64,000 nucleotides of DNA from Azolla caroliniana (taxonomy: Eukaryota > Plantae > Polypodiophyta): NCBI GenBank assembly GCA_043228905.1, contig JBHGNT010000006.1, forward strand, positions 17,918,001 to 17,982,000. Reading direction: 5' to 3'. Numbering within the stretch: the stretch's first letter is position 1; each line of letters opens with the position of its first letter. The notes beneath the pieces are model-generated. The model saw only the letters and a list, made by a program, of their open reading frames with translations, was not told the DNA's origin and did no database searches. The position numbers and the translations under genes were made by a program. This document shows positions 51,875 to 64,000 of the stretch, piece after piece.

Positions 51875-54800
51875 ATGTGATGCTGCCGAAAATCCTCAAG
51901 TGTGCCAAGTTCACCTTCTTTCCGTAATACAACTCGTGTGGTGACACTCCTCCATTAGTAGAGGTCTGATTGTGCAAGTAAACAACTGTCCTTACGGCTT
52001 CAGCCCAGTAAAATTTTGGCATATCCTTCTCTTCAAGCATTCCTCTGGTGGCTTCTTCGATCGTTCGATTCATCCGTTCGGCTACGTCGTTCTGCTTTGG
52101 CGTATATCTACACGAGAATTCGCATTGAATTCCCTCCTTCTATAGATAACTCGTGAACTGGTTGGACAAGTACTCCTTCCTGCCATCGGACCGTACACAC
52201 TTGATCTTTCGTCTAGTTTCCTTTTCCGCAAGACTCTTCACCTTTAGGAACCATGTGAAGACTTTGCTCTTTTTCGTGATCAAGCACGCCCAGGTATGCC
52301 GAGTGAAGTCATTGATGAAGGTTACGAAGTAATGGCTTCCACTGAGACTCACGTTCTTTGCCGGTCCCCACACATATGAATGGATCAAATCCAGTAGATT
52401 TCGACTACGATTACGCTCATTGGGGAATAGAAGTCGATGCTGCTTCCCGAGTTGGCAGGCTTCGCAGACTTGGTCATTACGGCCTCGAAATTTCAGCAAA
52501 CCGAAAACAATGTTCTTCATCTCCATTTCAAGAAACCGTGGGAAGTTAATGTGGCGAAACCTTTTGTCCTTTCGCGAACAACGCGGTTCTGGCTTGATTG
52601 GTATTGAGGATAAACATCCTCCCTTCTTGGCGTCCTTGCGCGATAACTTGACTTTCCTCTTCGATGTAGCACCCAAGGTGCGTGAATCGAAATTTCATCC
52701 CTTGGTCAACAATTTGACCGACCAACACCAAGTTCTTGGTTATTTTCGGGACGTGCAACACATTCATAAGTTTCCCTTTCTGCCCGACATGGCTGAGAAG
52801 AACTTCTCCGACATGTTTGATGGTATGCAGAGTATCGTCTCCCGTTTTGACCACTCCTTGTTTTTCCGGTTTCTCCAAGTACAAGAACCATTCTTCATGA
52901 CTCGTCACATGATTTGACGGTCCGGAATCAACATACCACACTGCGCTTAATTTCGAGGTGTTCACGGCGAACAAATTGGCCTTGTGCTTTATCATGAAGG
53001 CTGGGCCCGATCCATTTCCAGCTCGTACGGAGCCCTCAACGTAGTGCGATTTCTGACACCTTTCCACGTCTCTTCTGCTCGACTCGGTTTTGTCTAAATT
53101 GGCTCTCTTCTTTCAACACTTGCTCTCCCTGTGGCCTTTCTTGCCACAATACCAGCATTCTATCGCGGCATTCTTTTGCCGGCTTCCGGCGCTGCTATTA
53201 CTCCCCCTACTCCGGAGGGTTCGGAATTGCTTCCGGCATTTCGATTATGCCGCACATTCGGCTCTTTTCGGCCACCTCCATTGCACCCCGATCCGCTTGT
53301 CCGCCACGACTACGGGCCTATCTTCCTTCGTGTATAGCATCTTTCTGTCGATGTGCGTACTCGTTGACGCACCCACGTGATTTTCCTCCGAGAGCAACAT
53401 CGATTGAAGCTCGAAGAACAAACGCGTAATCTCCCTTGTGCCAGACCGTTTAGTTCATCCTCTCGGCCAGACCGTTTAGTTCCGGCATCTTTGGCACGGT
53501 AAATTCCCTTCGAGCGAAAGTACTCCTCGAACTACCCCGGTATTCACCTCCATTATCTGCTCGAACCGCCTTCAGCTTCCGGCCGGTTTCTCTTTCCACT
53601 CTCACGTGGAGCTCTTTGAACACGGATAACCCCTTATCCTTCGTCTTCAACGGTGTGGCCCACAACTTCCGGCTGTGGTCATCTATGAACGTCACGAAGT
53701 ACTGCGATCCTACATGTGACTTGGTGTCCACTTGACACACATCAGTATGCAGCAATTCCAATGGTGCATTACGTCTCATCGGTGGCCTCGATCGGAAGGA
53801 GGTTCGGTTTTGCTTTCCGGCCAAACAATCAGTGCACTTCTCCAAGTGCACGTTCTTCACTGGAATGAGGTTGTCGTCTGCAAGCCTCTTCATCCCCTTC
53901 TCGCTCATGTGCACAACCTCTTTTGCCACAGCTCACCGGCAGTGTCGGATGGCACGTTCACTTCCTCCGGACATAACCGGGCATTCATCAGGTAAAATGT
54001 GTTTACCTTCCGGGCCTGAGCCACAATCAGGCTCCCTTTGCTGAACCTCATAACACCGTTCCGGATGCTACCTGTGTAGCCTTCATCATCTAGCCGACCA
54101 GCTGATATTAGGTTCAGACGAACCTCCGGAACGTGTCAGACATCCTTCAGCAGCAGCTTGCATCCGGTTGGTGTTGTCAACCACACGTCTCCTATGCCGA
54201 CAACCCCGGCATGTACCTTCATTCCCCATCCGAACACAGCCGTGATCACCGGCTGAGTAGGATGAGAAGCATTTCCGGTCCGGGGTAAGGTGGAACGACG
54301 CTCCTGAGTCGACCACCCAGATCATCTCGTCGCCAACAAGGTTTATCTCACTCTCCTCGGTGATGAGCATCAACTCCTCTTCACTTGCCGCGATTGCCGT
54401 TGTTCCCTTCCGGTCTGGCCCCCTCCGATCTTTACCGTTCCGGTCCGGTGTCCGCTTCGGATCGGTACCAACGGTTTCCTTGTCTTTTCGGAAATGCCGA
54501 CAGTTCTTCTGGAAGTGTCCCGGCTTGCCGCAATAGAAGCTAGTAGGCCTCCCCCTTGACTTTGACCGAGTCCCCGACATTTCCCGGTTCTCGGGGCTAC
54601 GGTTCCTTTGTCTTCCGCGTTCCAATTCGGTAAGGAGCGCTTTGGAGTCGGAGCTCATATCCTTATCTTTCCGACGCGCCTCCTCATCTGGCAAGCTCGA
54701 CTTCACTCTTTCTAGGGATAACCGTTTCCCTTGCGGCCCGGCGTTGCCCAAGGTGACAACCAACGTCTCCCAGCTATCTGGGAGGGAACCGAGCAGGAGT

Positions 54801-55549
54801 AGTGCTAGTACCTCATCGGCAAGAGGTACTTCCAATGATGTTGCCTGGTGAATCAGCCCCTGGAAGGCATTCATGTGCTCTGCCATGCTGGAGCCATCTT
54901 GGTACTAGAGTCTTACTAGCTTCCAAAATACTGAAACCTGATTGACAACATTTTTGTTCTGAAACATAATGCCGATCTTCTCCCAGAGCTCATGAGCCTT
55001 GCTCTCTTCATTGAAGTTGTTGTATAGACTCATGTCGATGAAGCACTGTATGTAAGCCGTTGTCTTCATGTGCATCACCTCCCATATCGCGGCGTCGATT
55101 GTGTCCGGTCTCTTGTCCTCAAACTGAACCGGCAGCCAAAGGTCTTTAACCATGAGCTTGTCCCTCATCTTCGACTTCCACACCAAATAGTTGGAGCCGG
55201 TGAGCTTGAACATGCCTCCCAATGAATCGTCCATTTTTCTATGTTGCCTTGCTCTGATACCACTTTGACAGGAATGCACGCACCCTTCCGCCACAGCCGG
55301 CCACAGTCGAGTCTAAAATCGAAACACAGAAAAAAAACGGATAATGAATGCACGACACAGAGGAGACAAAAGAGTAGACAAGATCTTTACGTGGAAAACC
55401 CAAACTAGGGAAAAACCACGGCAGCCCACAAGACTGTAAACTATCACTATATCACAAAGATTACAACAGTGAGCTCACAGAGGCAATGACCTCGTGTTCA
55501 GGATCTTCGCCATAGGCGGCGGTTACAACAGAGGCAACGACCTCTTCGT

Positions 55550-56466
55550 TGAGGAGAACTCAACGCTCCTTATGTGCAATGCTCGGCCACAACCGAGCTT
55601 AAAATCATACACAGAAAACGAGAATGAATGCACGACACAAGAAGAGACGAGTACACAGGATGTTTACGTGGAAAACCCAAAGAAGGAAAAACCACGGCAG
55701 CCCACAGGCTGCAAACTATCACTATGCTAGAATGTACAATAATGAGTTCACGGAGGCAACGACCTCGTGCTCACGAGCCTCGCCACAAGCGGAGGTTACA
55801 ACAGAGGCAACGACCTCTTTCTCTCTCTCTCTCTGTACACTGTTACGCGCTCTCTCTATTCTTGCACCAACAAGAATGACAACTACAAGTTTGCCCTAAG
55901 TCATATTTATACTAATATGACTTTTCGGCTATTTACAAATATAGCCTCGATGGACTCTCAGAAACATATTTACGAATATGTCTCTTCATTCGGTGAGCAT
56001 TCCTCACCGGGTGTGCACCATCCGGCTCTCCGTAGCCGGGTACTCCTCATCCGGTCTTCACCGGGTTTGCACCATCCGGCTCTCTGTAGCCGGGTACTCC
56101 TCATCCGGTCTTCACCAGGTCTGCACCATCCGGCTCTCTGTAGCCGGGTACTCCTCATCCGGTCTTCACCGGGTCTGCACCATCCGGCTTTCTGTAGCCG
56201 GGTACTCCTCATCCGGTCTTCACCGGGTCTGCACCATCCGGCTCTCTGTAGCCGGTTACTCCTCATCCGGTCTTCATCGGGTCTGCACCATCCGACTCTC
56301 CGTAGCCGGGTACTCCTCATCCGGTCTTCACCGGGTCTGCACCATCCGGCTCTCCGTAGTCGGGTACTCCTCATCCGGTTCCAGCCTCGGCCTATCGGCC
56401 TCGGCTGAGTTTGCTTATCAGCATTGTTCTTCTCCCTTCCCATCCGGAGGGACCTATCTCCCAACA
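55550..56466 (-). mobile_element. Solo LTR nested inside a related LTR
   Basis: TG...CA ends, TSD TTCGT/TTCAT; same family as 36174-36950. Confidence 0.85.
56001..56378. repeat. Seven copies of a CCGG-rich 54-bp tandem repeat
   Basis: 18-aa periodicity in three overlapping ORFs (SSPGLHHPALCSRVLLIR x7). Confidence 0.92.
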
Positions 56467-58734
56467 TTCATTTCTTTCTCTCTCTCTCTCTCTCTTTGTA
56501 CACTATTGCGCTCTAATCTTGCACCAACAAGAATGACAACACCCACACACACATATAAACAACAATTTCCCCTAAGTCATATTTATACTAAAATGACTTT
56601 TCGGCTATTTACAAATATAGCCCCGATGGACTCTCAAAAACATATTTACGAATATATCCCTTCATCCGGTGATCACTCTTCACCGGGCCTGCATCATCCG
56701 ACGCTTGCCGGGCACTCATCATCCGGCTTTTACCGGGTCATCCGTAGCCGGGTACTCCTCATCCGGTTCTCACCGGGTCTTCATCATCCGGTTCTCACCA
56801 AGTCATCCGTAGTTGGGTGCTCCTTATCCGGAGGGACCTGTTTCCTAACACATCTTGTACGACCAATATGCGTAGTTGCTCCTGTCGAGCTTCTCAGTCG
56901 GTAGCAAGCTTCCCATTCCTCTATCCATATTGTTGTGTTATCCTTTCCGAAAACAACAACTTAACTTTGTCTTTATCGCAAGCTTTTATGTCGACTGCAG
57001 AGGAGTCTCAACACTTGCGCTCTGATACCATGTAAAAGAATACGTGTGCGGAATCGTATGCATAATAGCACAGAGTAGACGGTTCAGAAGTACGACAGTT
57101 CAGTAAAACACAGAAATCACAGAGAAAGAGAGGGAGAGTCAGAGAGAGTAGAAAAACCAAGCTATGTTCAAATAATTCTCTATATGTTATTTGTATGTTC
57201 TTTGTACATATTTCGTGCTTAGTGAGCACCTTTTATACAAGCCCTGACTATCGGGCTGACACAAGTACTGATAGTTCTTGACAGCTCATAAATGAGCCTT
57301 CTACAGTAACTACCAAAACTATTCCCTACGAGGAATAACGTTCTAATGGCCATTTGGTTTAAACACCGCCACTGCCATATTTTGTGCACGGTTTTAAGCA
57401 ACCCAGTCTACACACTGCGGTACGCACCCGTTTACGCACCCAATGTTGAGCTTGTCTCTCAACAATAAACTTTCCCATTTATTCGACATGACTCAAAGGG
57501 ACTTCTCTAACATGCTCGATCGGGTGAGGAGTGTCGTCTCCGGTTTCGACAACTCCTAGTTGCTCTAGTTTTTCCAAATATGAGAACCACTCTTCATGGC
57601 TCCTCATATTGTTACACGCCCGGAATCAACATACCACACTTCCTCCAATTCGGAAGTGGTCTTCATCATTGAGTCTGCCTCGTGATTCATGACGAAGGTT
57701 GGCACTTTACCAGTGTTCTCGGTTCCAGATCCTTCTGATCCTTCGGCGTAGTGCGAGCGTTTCTGACTCCCTTGTCCGGCCTTGCTCTCCTAGTGGATTT
57801 GTCTAAACTGGTGCACTTCTACCAACACTTGCTCTCCTAATGGCCTTTCTGGCCACAATACCAACATTCCATTTCAATTTTCGATTGGCGGTTCCCAACA
57901 CCGCTCTCCCTGTGCTCGTGGAGGGTCCAGATTTGTTGTCGGCACTATCTCCACGCCTCTGATTCTGCTCTTGTCGACTACCATTGTTACATGTCGATCC
58001 ACCTCTCCCTCCACGTCCACAAGGCCGATCTGCCTCTGTGTACATCATCTGACTGTCCAATTGCGTGTTCCTCGACCCACTTACGTGGTTTTCTTCGACC
58101 ATCAGCATCGATTGTAGGTCGAAGAAGGACGATGGCTTTTCTCGGGTGCAAATTGTCGTCTAGATAGGCTCGTACCTCTGTGCTAGACCACCGAGGTAGA
58201 TCTTCACCAACTTGTCTTCGTGTACTGTCACGTTTACGAAACCTAGTGCATCGCCGGATGGTGTAGTTTGTAACGAACATGTCCCTTTACTGGATGTTGT
58301 TGAGTTGTTGCCGGAGCTGCAACTTACGGGCCGTCGTACTAGCTGTGAAGATCTTTTTCTGATTTTCCTAGGCTTCTTTTGACGACTTTGACTCTCGGAT
58401 GTAGGCCATCATCTGATCGTGCACACAGGCTATGATGCAATACAACACCCAACTCGCTCCTTGTTCTCACACCGGGAAACCCTTGTGTGCTGGGTCTGAT
58501 ACTCCTTTGTTCGCCCCGTCGACATAACTCAAGTAACCGTGCCCAACAGGTACTAGTGCATCTTGTAAAACGAAGATGCATAGTTGTTCCTCTCAAGCTT
58601 CTAAGTTGGAAGCGAGCTTGCCATCCCTCTATCCATATCTTCTTTCTGTTCTTACCGGGTGTTAGGTTTGGGTTTGTCTTTGATGAATCGCTTGTCCGCA
58701 ACAGAGGATTCTCAACCCTTATGCTCTGATACCA

Positions 58735-59158
58735 TGTGAAAGTTAATGTGCGAAAGCTTAGACAACCCAGCTCAGCCGGATAGCAATAGAAAACAGAGAC
58801 AAGGTTCAATTGAAGCTTGGAAAATACACAGTATGTGGGAGAGTCAGAGAGAGCAAAACAATCAACTCAATTTCAAAATGAAAACACTCTTTACATACAA
58901 TGTGCTTAGTGAGCACTTTTATACAAGTCCTTAAAGAACTAACAAAAGTACTGACATGTACTTCAATGCTCGTACTGAGCTACTGACACTAACTCCTAGG
59001 ATACCTAGTAGTCTAAGAGTGTAGACCTCCAACGACCTACCGGTTCACACGTGGGTCTAGCTCTCCCATCCGGCTCTCCCGATCTAGCTATTGGTTTCAG
59101 ATACCGATCCGGCTCTGACTTAGCCAATCCAGATTAGGTTGATTTTTTCCACTCAACA
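58735..59158 (-). repeat. 5' LTR of copia C
   Basis: Adjacent to PBS complement gctctgatacca; TG/CA ends; abuts (TA)n. Confidence 0.85.
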
Positions 59159-60475
59159 ATATATATATATATATATATATCATAATGAATTGAAGAACAT
59201 ACGAGGAAGAGTTCAAGTCACATATGGTTGATTCACATTTTAGGGTCAAGTCAACGACATAAGTAATGGTCGAGCTAGGAGAATATGCAAGACTAGGAGT
59301 AAAGGATTACTGATGTGGCTCGCCTTTCTTATCCACAAAGTTACTAACAAAGTGGTGGCATGGCCACACACAAATGTGATGACTTTGTCTTATTCATTTC
59401 ATTTGGTGTGTCTAATTTTCATTTTTGCAATGCAATATGCTTGGTGTCAAAATCGAAATCATCGACGACAAATGATTCTCAATATATATATATATATATA
59501 TATCATAATGAATTGAAGAACATACGAGGAAGAGTTCAAGTTCACTTGAAAGACAACAAGTGATCACTTCAATGATATATGTGTCTTTTTAGTCAACAGT
59601 TTTGTATTCTGTATTCAATGTATCTTTACCTTAATAACTTGGTAAGGCAATCATGTTACAAATGTGTTGCTTTTATTAGTGAAAAACATTACTACATCTA
59701 CATTGGATAACATATATGTGGCTCCATATGCGACCTCACAACACTTTTGTAGAACCTTTGGACTACACACGCATATTTGATTAACATTCGAAATATGATA
59801 TACATGTTTATGACACAAGAAGGTTAGCTATTTTCGTAAGATGTTGTTATCAACCACACCTCTCAATGTGTCCCCATCCCTCTCTAATTAAATGTCAAAA
59901 TTGTCTAAACTACATTTAAGTCATGTTTAGGTTAAGAAATGATTTGGTTTAACAATTTATATTGGATTGATTACTTGATGGATGCCTACCTTCTCTTTAT
60001 ATAGGTGCTAACATGTATATGATGTACGTGAGGGTGCATGCAATGCATGAAATATATGTGACGTGTGATCGCCACTTGGCACACTTATGCTACATGCGAT
60101 GCATGACATCCATGTTGCTCATTTGAGTCAACATGTATGGAGTATACATAGGACATAAGTAAAATGATAAAAATATATAACCATATAGAATGATCGAATA
60201 TGGGACTAACCACAACCAGTTCACAAGCAAAATGTGAAAAGATAATAACCGAAATAACTGAAAATAGACAATGCACATACATAGAGACACAAGATATTAA
60301 TGTGGAAACCTTGAATGGGAAAAACCATGGGAACCCATAGACTCCAAATAGAATAACTATGTAAAGAGGAATACACAAGAAACCCGCTTATGGATCCAAA
60401 CTATCCATAGAATAACCCATATACTCCGCTTATGTGGTCGACAAAGCCATCTATCCTTCTGCAACCTCAACTACC

Positions 60476-60738
60476 TGTTGAAAAACCCGCTCGGCCACAA
60501 CCGAGGAAAAGGATCAACTCTCAGAAAACGGGAAATGCAAAATGCACGAAGACAATAGAGAGAGAGGTACACAGGATGTTTTACGTGGAAAACCCTAAAT
60601 GGGAAAAACCACGGGAGTCCTCAAACTCCAACTGTCACTATAAACAGAGATGTACAATGGTGAAGCTACAAGGCAACAACCTTGAGCTCACTATCTTCGC
60701 CACAGGCGGCGGTAATACACAGAGGCCACGACCTCTTC

Positions 60739-60769
<31 letters not shown>

Positions 60770-61156
60770 CTGCTCACCTCACTCCCTCTAAGTGGGAAAA
60801 ACAGAAAAATATGAGCAGCAACTTTTCAGCAACTCCAAACAGTTTGCCCTAAGTCATATTTATACACATATGACTTTCGGGCTATTTACAAATATAGCCT
60901 CAAGGGCCCTTGGCAAACATATTCACAAATATGTCCCCGCATCCGGATCTCTCTCCGGGTACATACATCATCCGGCTCCGTAGCCGGGTCTTCATCATCC
61001 GGCTCCGTAGCCGGGTCTTCGTCATCCGGCTTCATGCCGGGTACTCTTCATCCGGCTCCATGCCGGGTACTCTTCATCCTCCGGTTCCGTAACCGCAACC
61101 GGGCTTGCCGTCATTCATCTCCGGACATCCCATCCGGAGGGACCGATATCCCAACA
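60476..61156 (-). repeat. 3' LTR of copia D copy 4
   Basis: TGTTG...CAACA next to PPT complement aactcccccttc; an older degenerate D-like LTR remnant lies at about 60240-60440. Confidence 0.85.
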
Positions 61157-61166
61157 AACTCCCCCT

Positions 61167-64000
61167 TCACTTCGGCATGGGATGTCTCTCCAATCCGATC
61201 CTCTTCCGGCATGCTTCCAGCTTGTCGGGTGTGAGCACTTTGGTCAGCATATCTGAGCCGTTTTCGTCCGTGTGGATCTTCGTCAGCACGAACTCCTGGT
61301 CTTCTATCCTTTCCCGGATCCAGTGATATCTTCGCTGGATGTGCTTCGTCCGGGAGTGATAGGCCGCGTTCTTCGCAAGGTGGATGGCACTCTGACTATC
61401 GCAGTAGAGTCGGTACTCCTCCTGCCGGATACCGAGCTCTCTAATGAAGTCCTTCATCCATATTATTTCCTTGCCGGCTTCAACAGCCGCCATGTACTCC
61501 GCCTCCGTGGTTGACAACGCAACCGTCTTCTGCAGCCTCGACTGCCACGAAACAGCTCCCCCTGCATACGTCATCACATACCCTGATGTGGACCGGCTGG
61601 TATCTGCATCAGCCGACATATCCGAATCGGTAAAGCCGTCGAGTTCGGGCTTACCGGAGCCGAATCGGAGGCACACGTTTGCCGTGCCCTTCAGGTATCG
61701 GAGTATCCACTTGACCGCGTTCCAGTGCTCTTTTCCGGGATTGCTCATGTACCGGCTCACCACTCCGACTGCATATCCTATGTCCGGTCTTGTACACACC
61801 ATTGCGTACATCAAGCTTCCGACGGCAGAGGCATATGGTACTTTCATCATGTCCTCCTTCTTAGCCTTTGTCTTAGGGCTTTGCTTGCTGGACAACTTGC
61901 AGTTTGCCGGGAGGGACGATCCGACCGGTCTTGCTTCCGACATGTTGAACCGTTGAAGCACCTTTGTCACGTACTTCTCCTGTGACAGCCACAACTGCTT
62001 CTTCTTCCGGTCCCGGATGATGTGCATCCCTAGTATTTGCCTCGCCGGACCCAGGTCTTTCATTGAGAAGGTTCGGTGAAGAGCCTTCTTCAGCATCCGT
62101 ATCTTGACCTGGTCCCGTCCGACGATCAACATGTCGTCCACGTACAGGAGGAGTATTAGAGAGTCTCCTCCGTCGAACTTCTTCACAAACACGCAGTGGT
62201 CGGACTGCGTTTTGTGGTACCCTTCATCGGTCATGAAGGAGTCAAACTTTCGGTACCACTGCCGGGGAGCCTGCTTCAAACCATAAAGGCTCTTCTTCAA
62301 CCGGCATACCAAGTGCTCCTTCTCTTTCTTCTCGAATCCTTCCGGTTGCTGCATGTATATCTCTTCTTCGAGGTCACCGTGAAGGAATGTCGTCTTCACG
62401 TCCATCTGTTCTACCTCGAGGTCCATGCTTGCCGCTATGCTCAGCACCGTCCGGATGGAGGTCATCTTCACTACCGGGGCAAATATCTCGTCGAAGTCGA
62501 CGCCCTTCTTCTGCTGGAACCCCTTCACCACGATCCTGGCTTTGTATCTCGGGGGGTTTCCGGCATCTCCCGGTTTCAGCTTGAACACCCACTTGTTACG
62601 GAGTGCCCGTTTTCCTTTCGGCAACTCCACAAGTTCATATGTGTGGTTCTCATGCAGGGAATCCATCTCCTCCTGCATGGCACTTAGCCACCTGCGGCTA
62701 TGGGTGTCATGCTTCGCTTCTTCAAAGCTCTCCGGCTCCCCCTCGTCGGTTAGCAGCACGTGCTCTGGTTCCGGAAATCTCCGGGGGGCCCTTCTCTCTC
62801 TTAGAGGATATCTCCGTTCCGGAGCTTCGGTAACCGGTTCTTCCGATTCTTCTTCGTCCGAATCCATTTCGGGATCGGAGCCGGTTCCGGTATCGTTTTC
62901 ATCTTCTTCGGCCGGTTCTGTTTCTTCACCGTCTTCGGCCGGATCCTCGAGTGCTAACCGGTCCCTTGCCGGTCGGGACTGCTCCTCGTAGAGTTGATCC
63001 TCACCGGTCGACTTGGAGCTCTTCATCTTCTTCTCCGACTCCCAGTCGGCGAGTGTCTTGTTCTCCATGAAGATGATATCACGACTCCGGAATATCTTCT
63101 TGTCGACCGGGTCCCATACTCGGTAGCCGAACTCGTCGTTGCCGTAACCGAGGAATATGCATGGCCGGGTCTTTGGATCTAGCTTTCCTCTCCGGTCCTT
63201 TGCCACATGTACATACACTAGACACCCGAACACCTTCAGATGCCGGTAGGACACTTCCTTACCGGTCCACACTCTCTGCGGCGTGTCTCCGTCCAAAGGT
63301 ACTGAGGGTGATCTGTTTATCACGTATGTCGCCGTCGACATTGCCTCATCCCAAAACCCCTTGGGTAATTTCGCATGCGCCAGCATACTCCGGACCCTCT
63401 CCATTATGGTCCGGTTCATCCTCTCGGCCAGCCCGTTCAGTTCCGGCGTCTTCGGCACTGTAAACTCGAGCCGGATTCCCTTCGAGCGACAGTACTCCGC
63501 GAACTGCCCCCGGTATTCCCCTCCGTTATCCGCTCGTATCGCTTTCAGCTTCTTGCCGGATTCTCTTTCCACTCTCGCGTGGAGTTCTTTGAAGACGGAC
63601 AATACTTGGTCCTTTGTCTTCAACGGTGCCGTCCACAGCTTCCGGCTGTGGTCATCAATGAATGTCACGAAGTACTGGGCTCCGCCATGTGACTTCGTTT
63701 CTACTTGACACACGTCAGTGTGCACCAACTCCAATGGTGCGCTACGTCTCGTCGGTGGCCTTGAGTGGAAGGAGGTCCGGTTTTGCTTACCGGCCAGACA
63801 GTCGGTGCACTTCTCCAGGTGCACATGCTTCACTGGAATGAGGTTGTCTTCTGCAAGCCTCTTCATCCCCTTCTCACTCATGTGGCACAGTCTCTTGTGC
63901 CACAGCTCACCGGCAGTGTCGGCTGCCACGTTCAACTCTTCCGGACACAACCGGGCATTCATAAGGTACAGTGTGTTGACTTTCCGGGCCCGAGCCACTA
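61167..64000 (-). CDS. Intact Tork/Tnt1-like copia Pol (integrase, RT, RNase H), running off the window
   Basis: 943 codons without a stop; LVHTDVC, RADNGGEY, NGLAERMN, YVDD, FTDSD, STTEAEY, CDSQSA. Confidence 0.96.
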   Translation of the reverse strand, partial: VARARKVNTLYLMNARLCPEELNVAADTAGELWHKRLCHMSEKGMKRLAEDNLIPVKHVHLEKCTDCLAGKQNRTSFHSRPPTRRSAPLELVHTDVCQVETKSHGGAQYFVTFIDDHSRKLWTAPLKTKDQVLSVFKELHARVERESGKKLKAIRADNGGEYRGQFAEYCRSKGIRLEFTVPKTPELNGLAERMNRTIMERVRSMLAHAKLPKGFWDEAMSTATYVINRSPSVPLDGDTPQRVWTGKEVSYRHLKVFGCLVYVHVAKDRRGKLDPKTRPCIFLGYGNDEFGYRVWDPVDKKIFRSRDIIFMENKTLADWESEKKMKSSKSTGEDQLYEEQSRPARDRLALEDPAEDGEETEPAEEDENDTGTGSDPEMDSDEEESEEPVTEAPERRYPLRERRAPRRFPEPEHVLLTDEGEPESFEEAKHDTHSRRWLSAMQEEMDSLHENHTYELVELPKGKRALRNKWVFKLKPGDAGNPPRYKARIVVKGFQQKKGVDFDEIFAPVVKMTSIRTVLSIAASMDLEVEQMDVKTTFLHGDLEEEIYMQQPEGFEKKEKEHLVCRLKKSLYGLKQAPRQWYRKFDSFMTDEGYHKTQSDHCVFVKKFDGGDSLILLLYVDDMLIVGRDQVKIRMLKKALHRTFSMKDLGPARQILGMHIIRDRKKKQLWLSQEKYVTKVLQRFNMSEARPVGSSLPANCKLSSKQSPKTKAKKEDMMKVPYASAVGSLMYAMVCTRPDIGYAVGVVSRYMSNPGKEHWNAVKWILRYLKGTANVCLRFGSGKPELDGFTDSDMSADADTSRSTSGYVMTYAGGAVSWQSRLQKTVALSTTEAEYMAAVEAGKEIIWMKDFIRELGIRQEEYRLYCDSQSAIHLAKNAAYHSRTKHIQRRYHWIRERIEDQEFVLTKIHTDENGSDMLTKVLTPDKLEACRKRIGLERHPMPK

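Larger units (their letters stand above)
53445..56850 (-). mobile_element. copia D copy 3: gag-PR-INT start, PBS 55251-55262, 5' LTR 55266-56850
   Basis: Near-colinear with copy 2; WVVDSGASFH, LLHTDVC, RADNGGEY. Confidence 0.9.
48342..57464 (-). mobile_element. copia family A element with both LTRs (48342-48763, 57031-57464) and nested inserts
   Basis: Matching LTR pair, PBS TGGTATCAGAGC at 57019-57030, RT/RH at 49283-50107, gag-PR-INT at 51875-53430; TSD poor (ATTAG/ATAAA). Confidence 0.8.
17637..59158 (-). mobile_element. Host copia element C split by nested insertions (pieces 17637-20106, 47910-48341, 57465-59158)
   Basis: Reading continuity across both insertions (LDLIQ*D/VWGP and GK./MNVLHV); PBS at 58723-58734; decayed PPT-like tract near 17639-17655; 3' LTR not found. 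Confidence 0.7.

Noticed and set aside
55767-56904. Repeat protein genes or a CRISPR-like array
   Set aside because: The ORFs arise from a stop-poor 54-bp LTR tandem repeat with no unique spacers and no cas genes
59540-60240. Host gene in the AT-rich interval
   Set aside because: Only short ORFs with no recognisable motifs or exon structure

Overview
Gene-free, plant-type nested retrotransposon cluster. A fern or other non-seed plant is plausible, but the host cannot be fixed from sequence. Most of the window is decayed Ty1/copia elements (several families, including Tork/Tnt1-like copies, one with an intact Pol at the right edge), two non-chromoviral Ty3/gypsy families that share an extra ORF downstream of pol, a Tcn1/Tf1-type chromovirus, solo LTRs with target-site duplications and an L1 3' fragment. 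The outstanding object is a 4.65-kb minus-strand insertion at 39393-44041, an endonuclease-less Penelope-like retroelement. It has an intact RT, a Pro/Asn/His-rich ORF1 joined to RT through an A_AAA_AAC slippery site plus hairpin, a minimal hammerhead ribozyme in its 3' region and telomere-like repeats in ORF1. It is flanked by a near-perfect 818-bp direct duplication of host DNA arranged like a giant target-site duplication. Coordinates were counted by eye, and no searches or folding programs were run.
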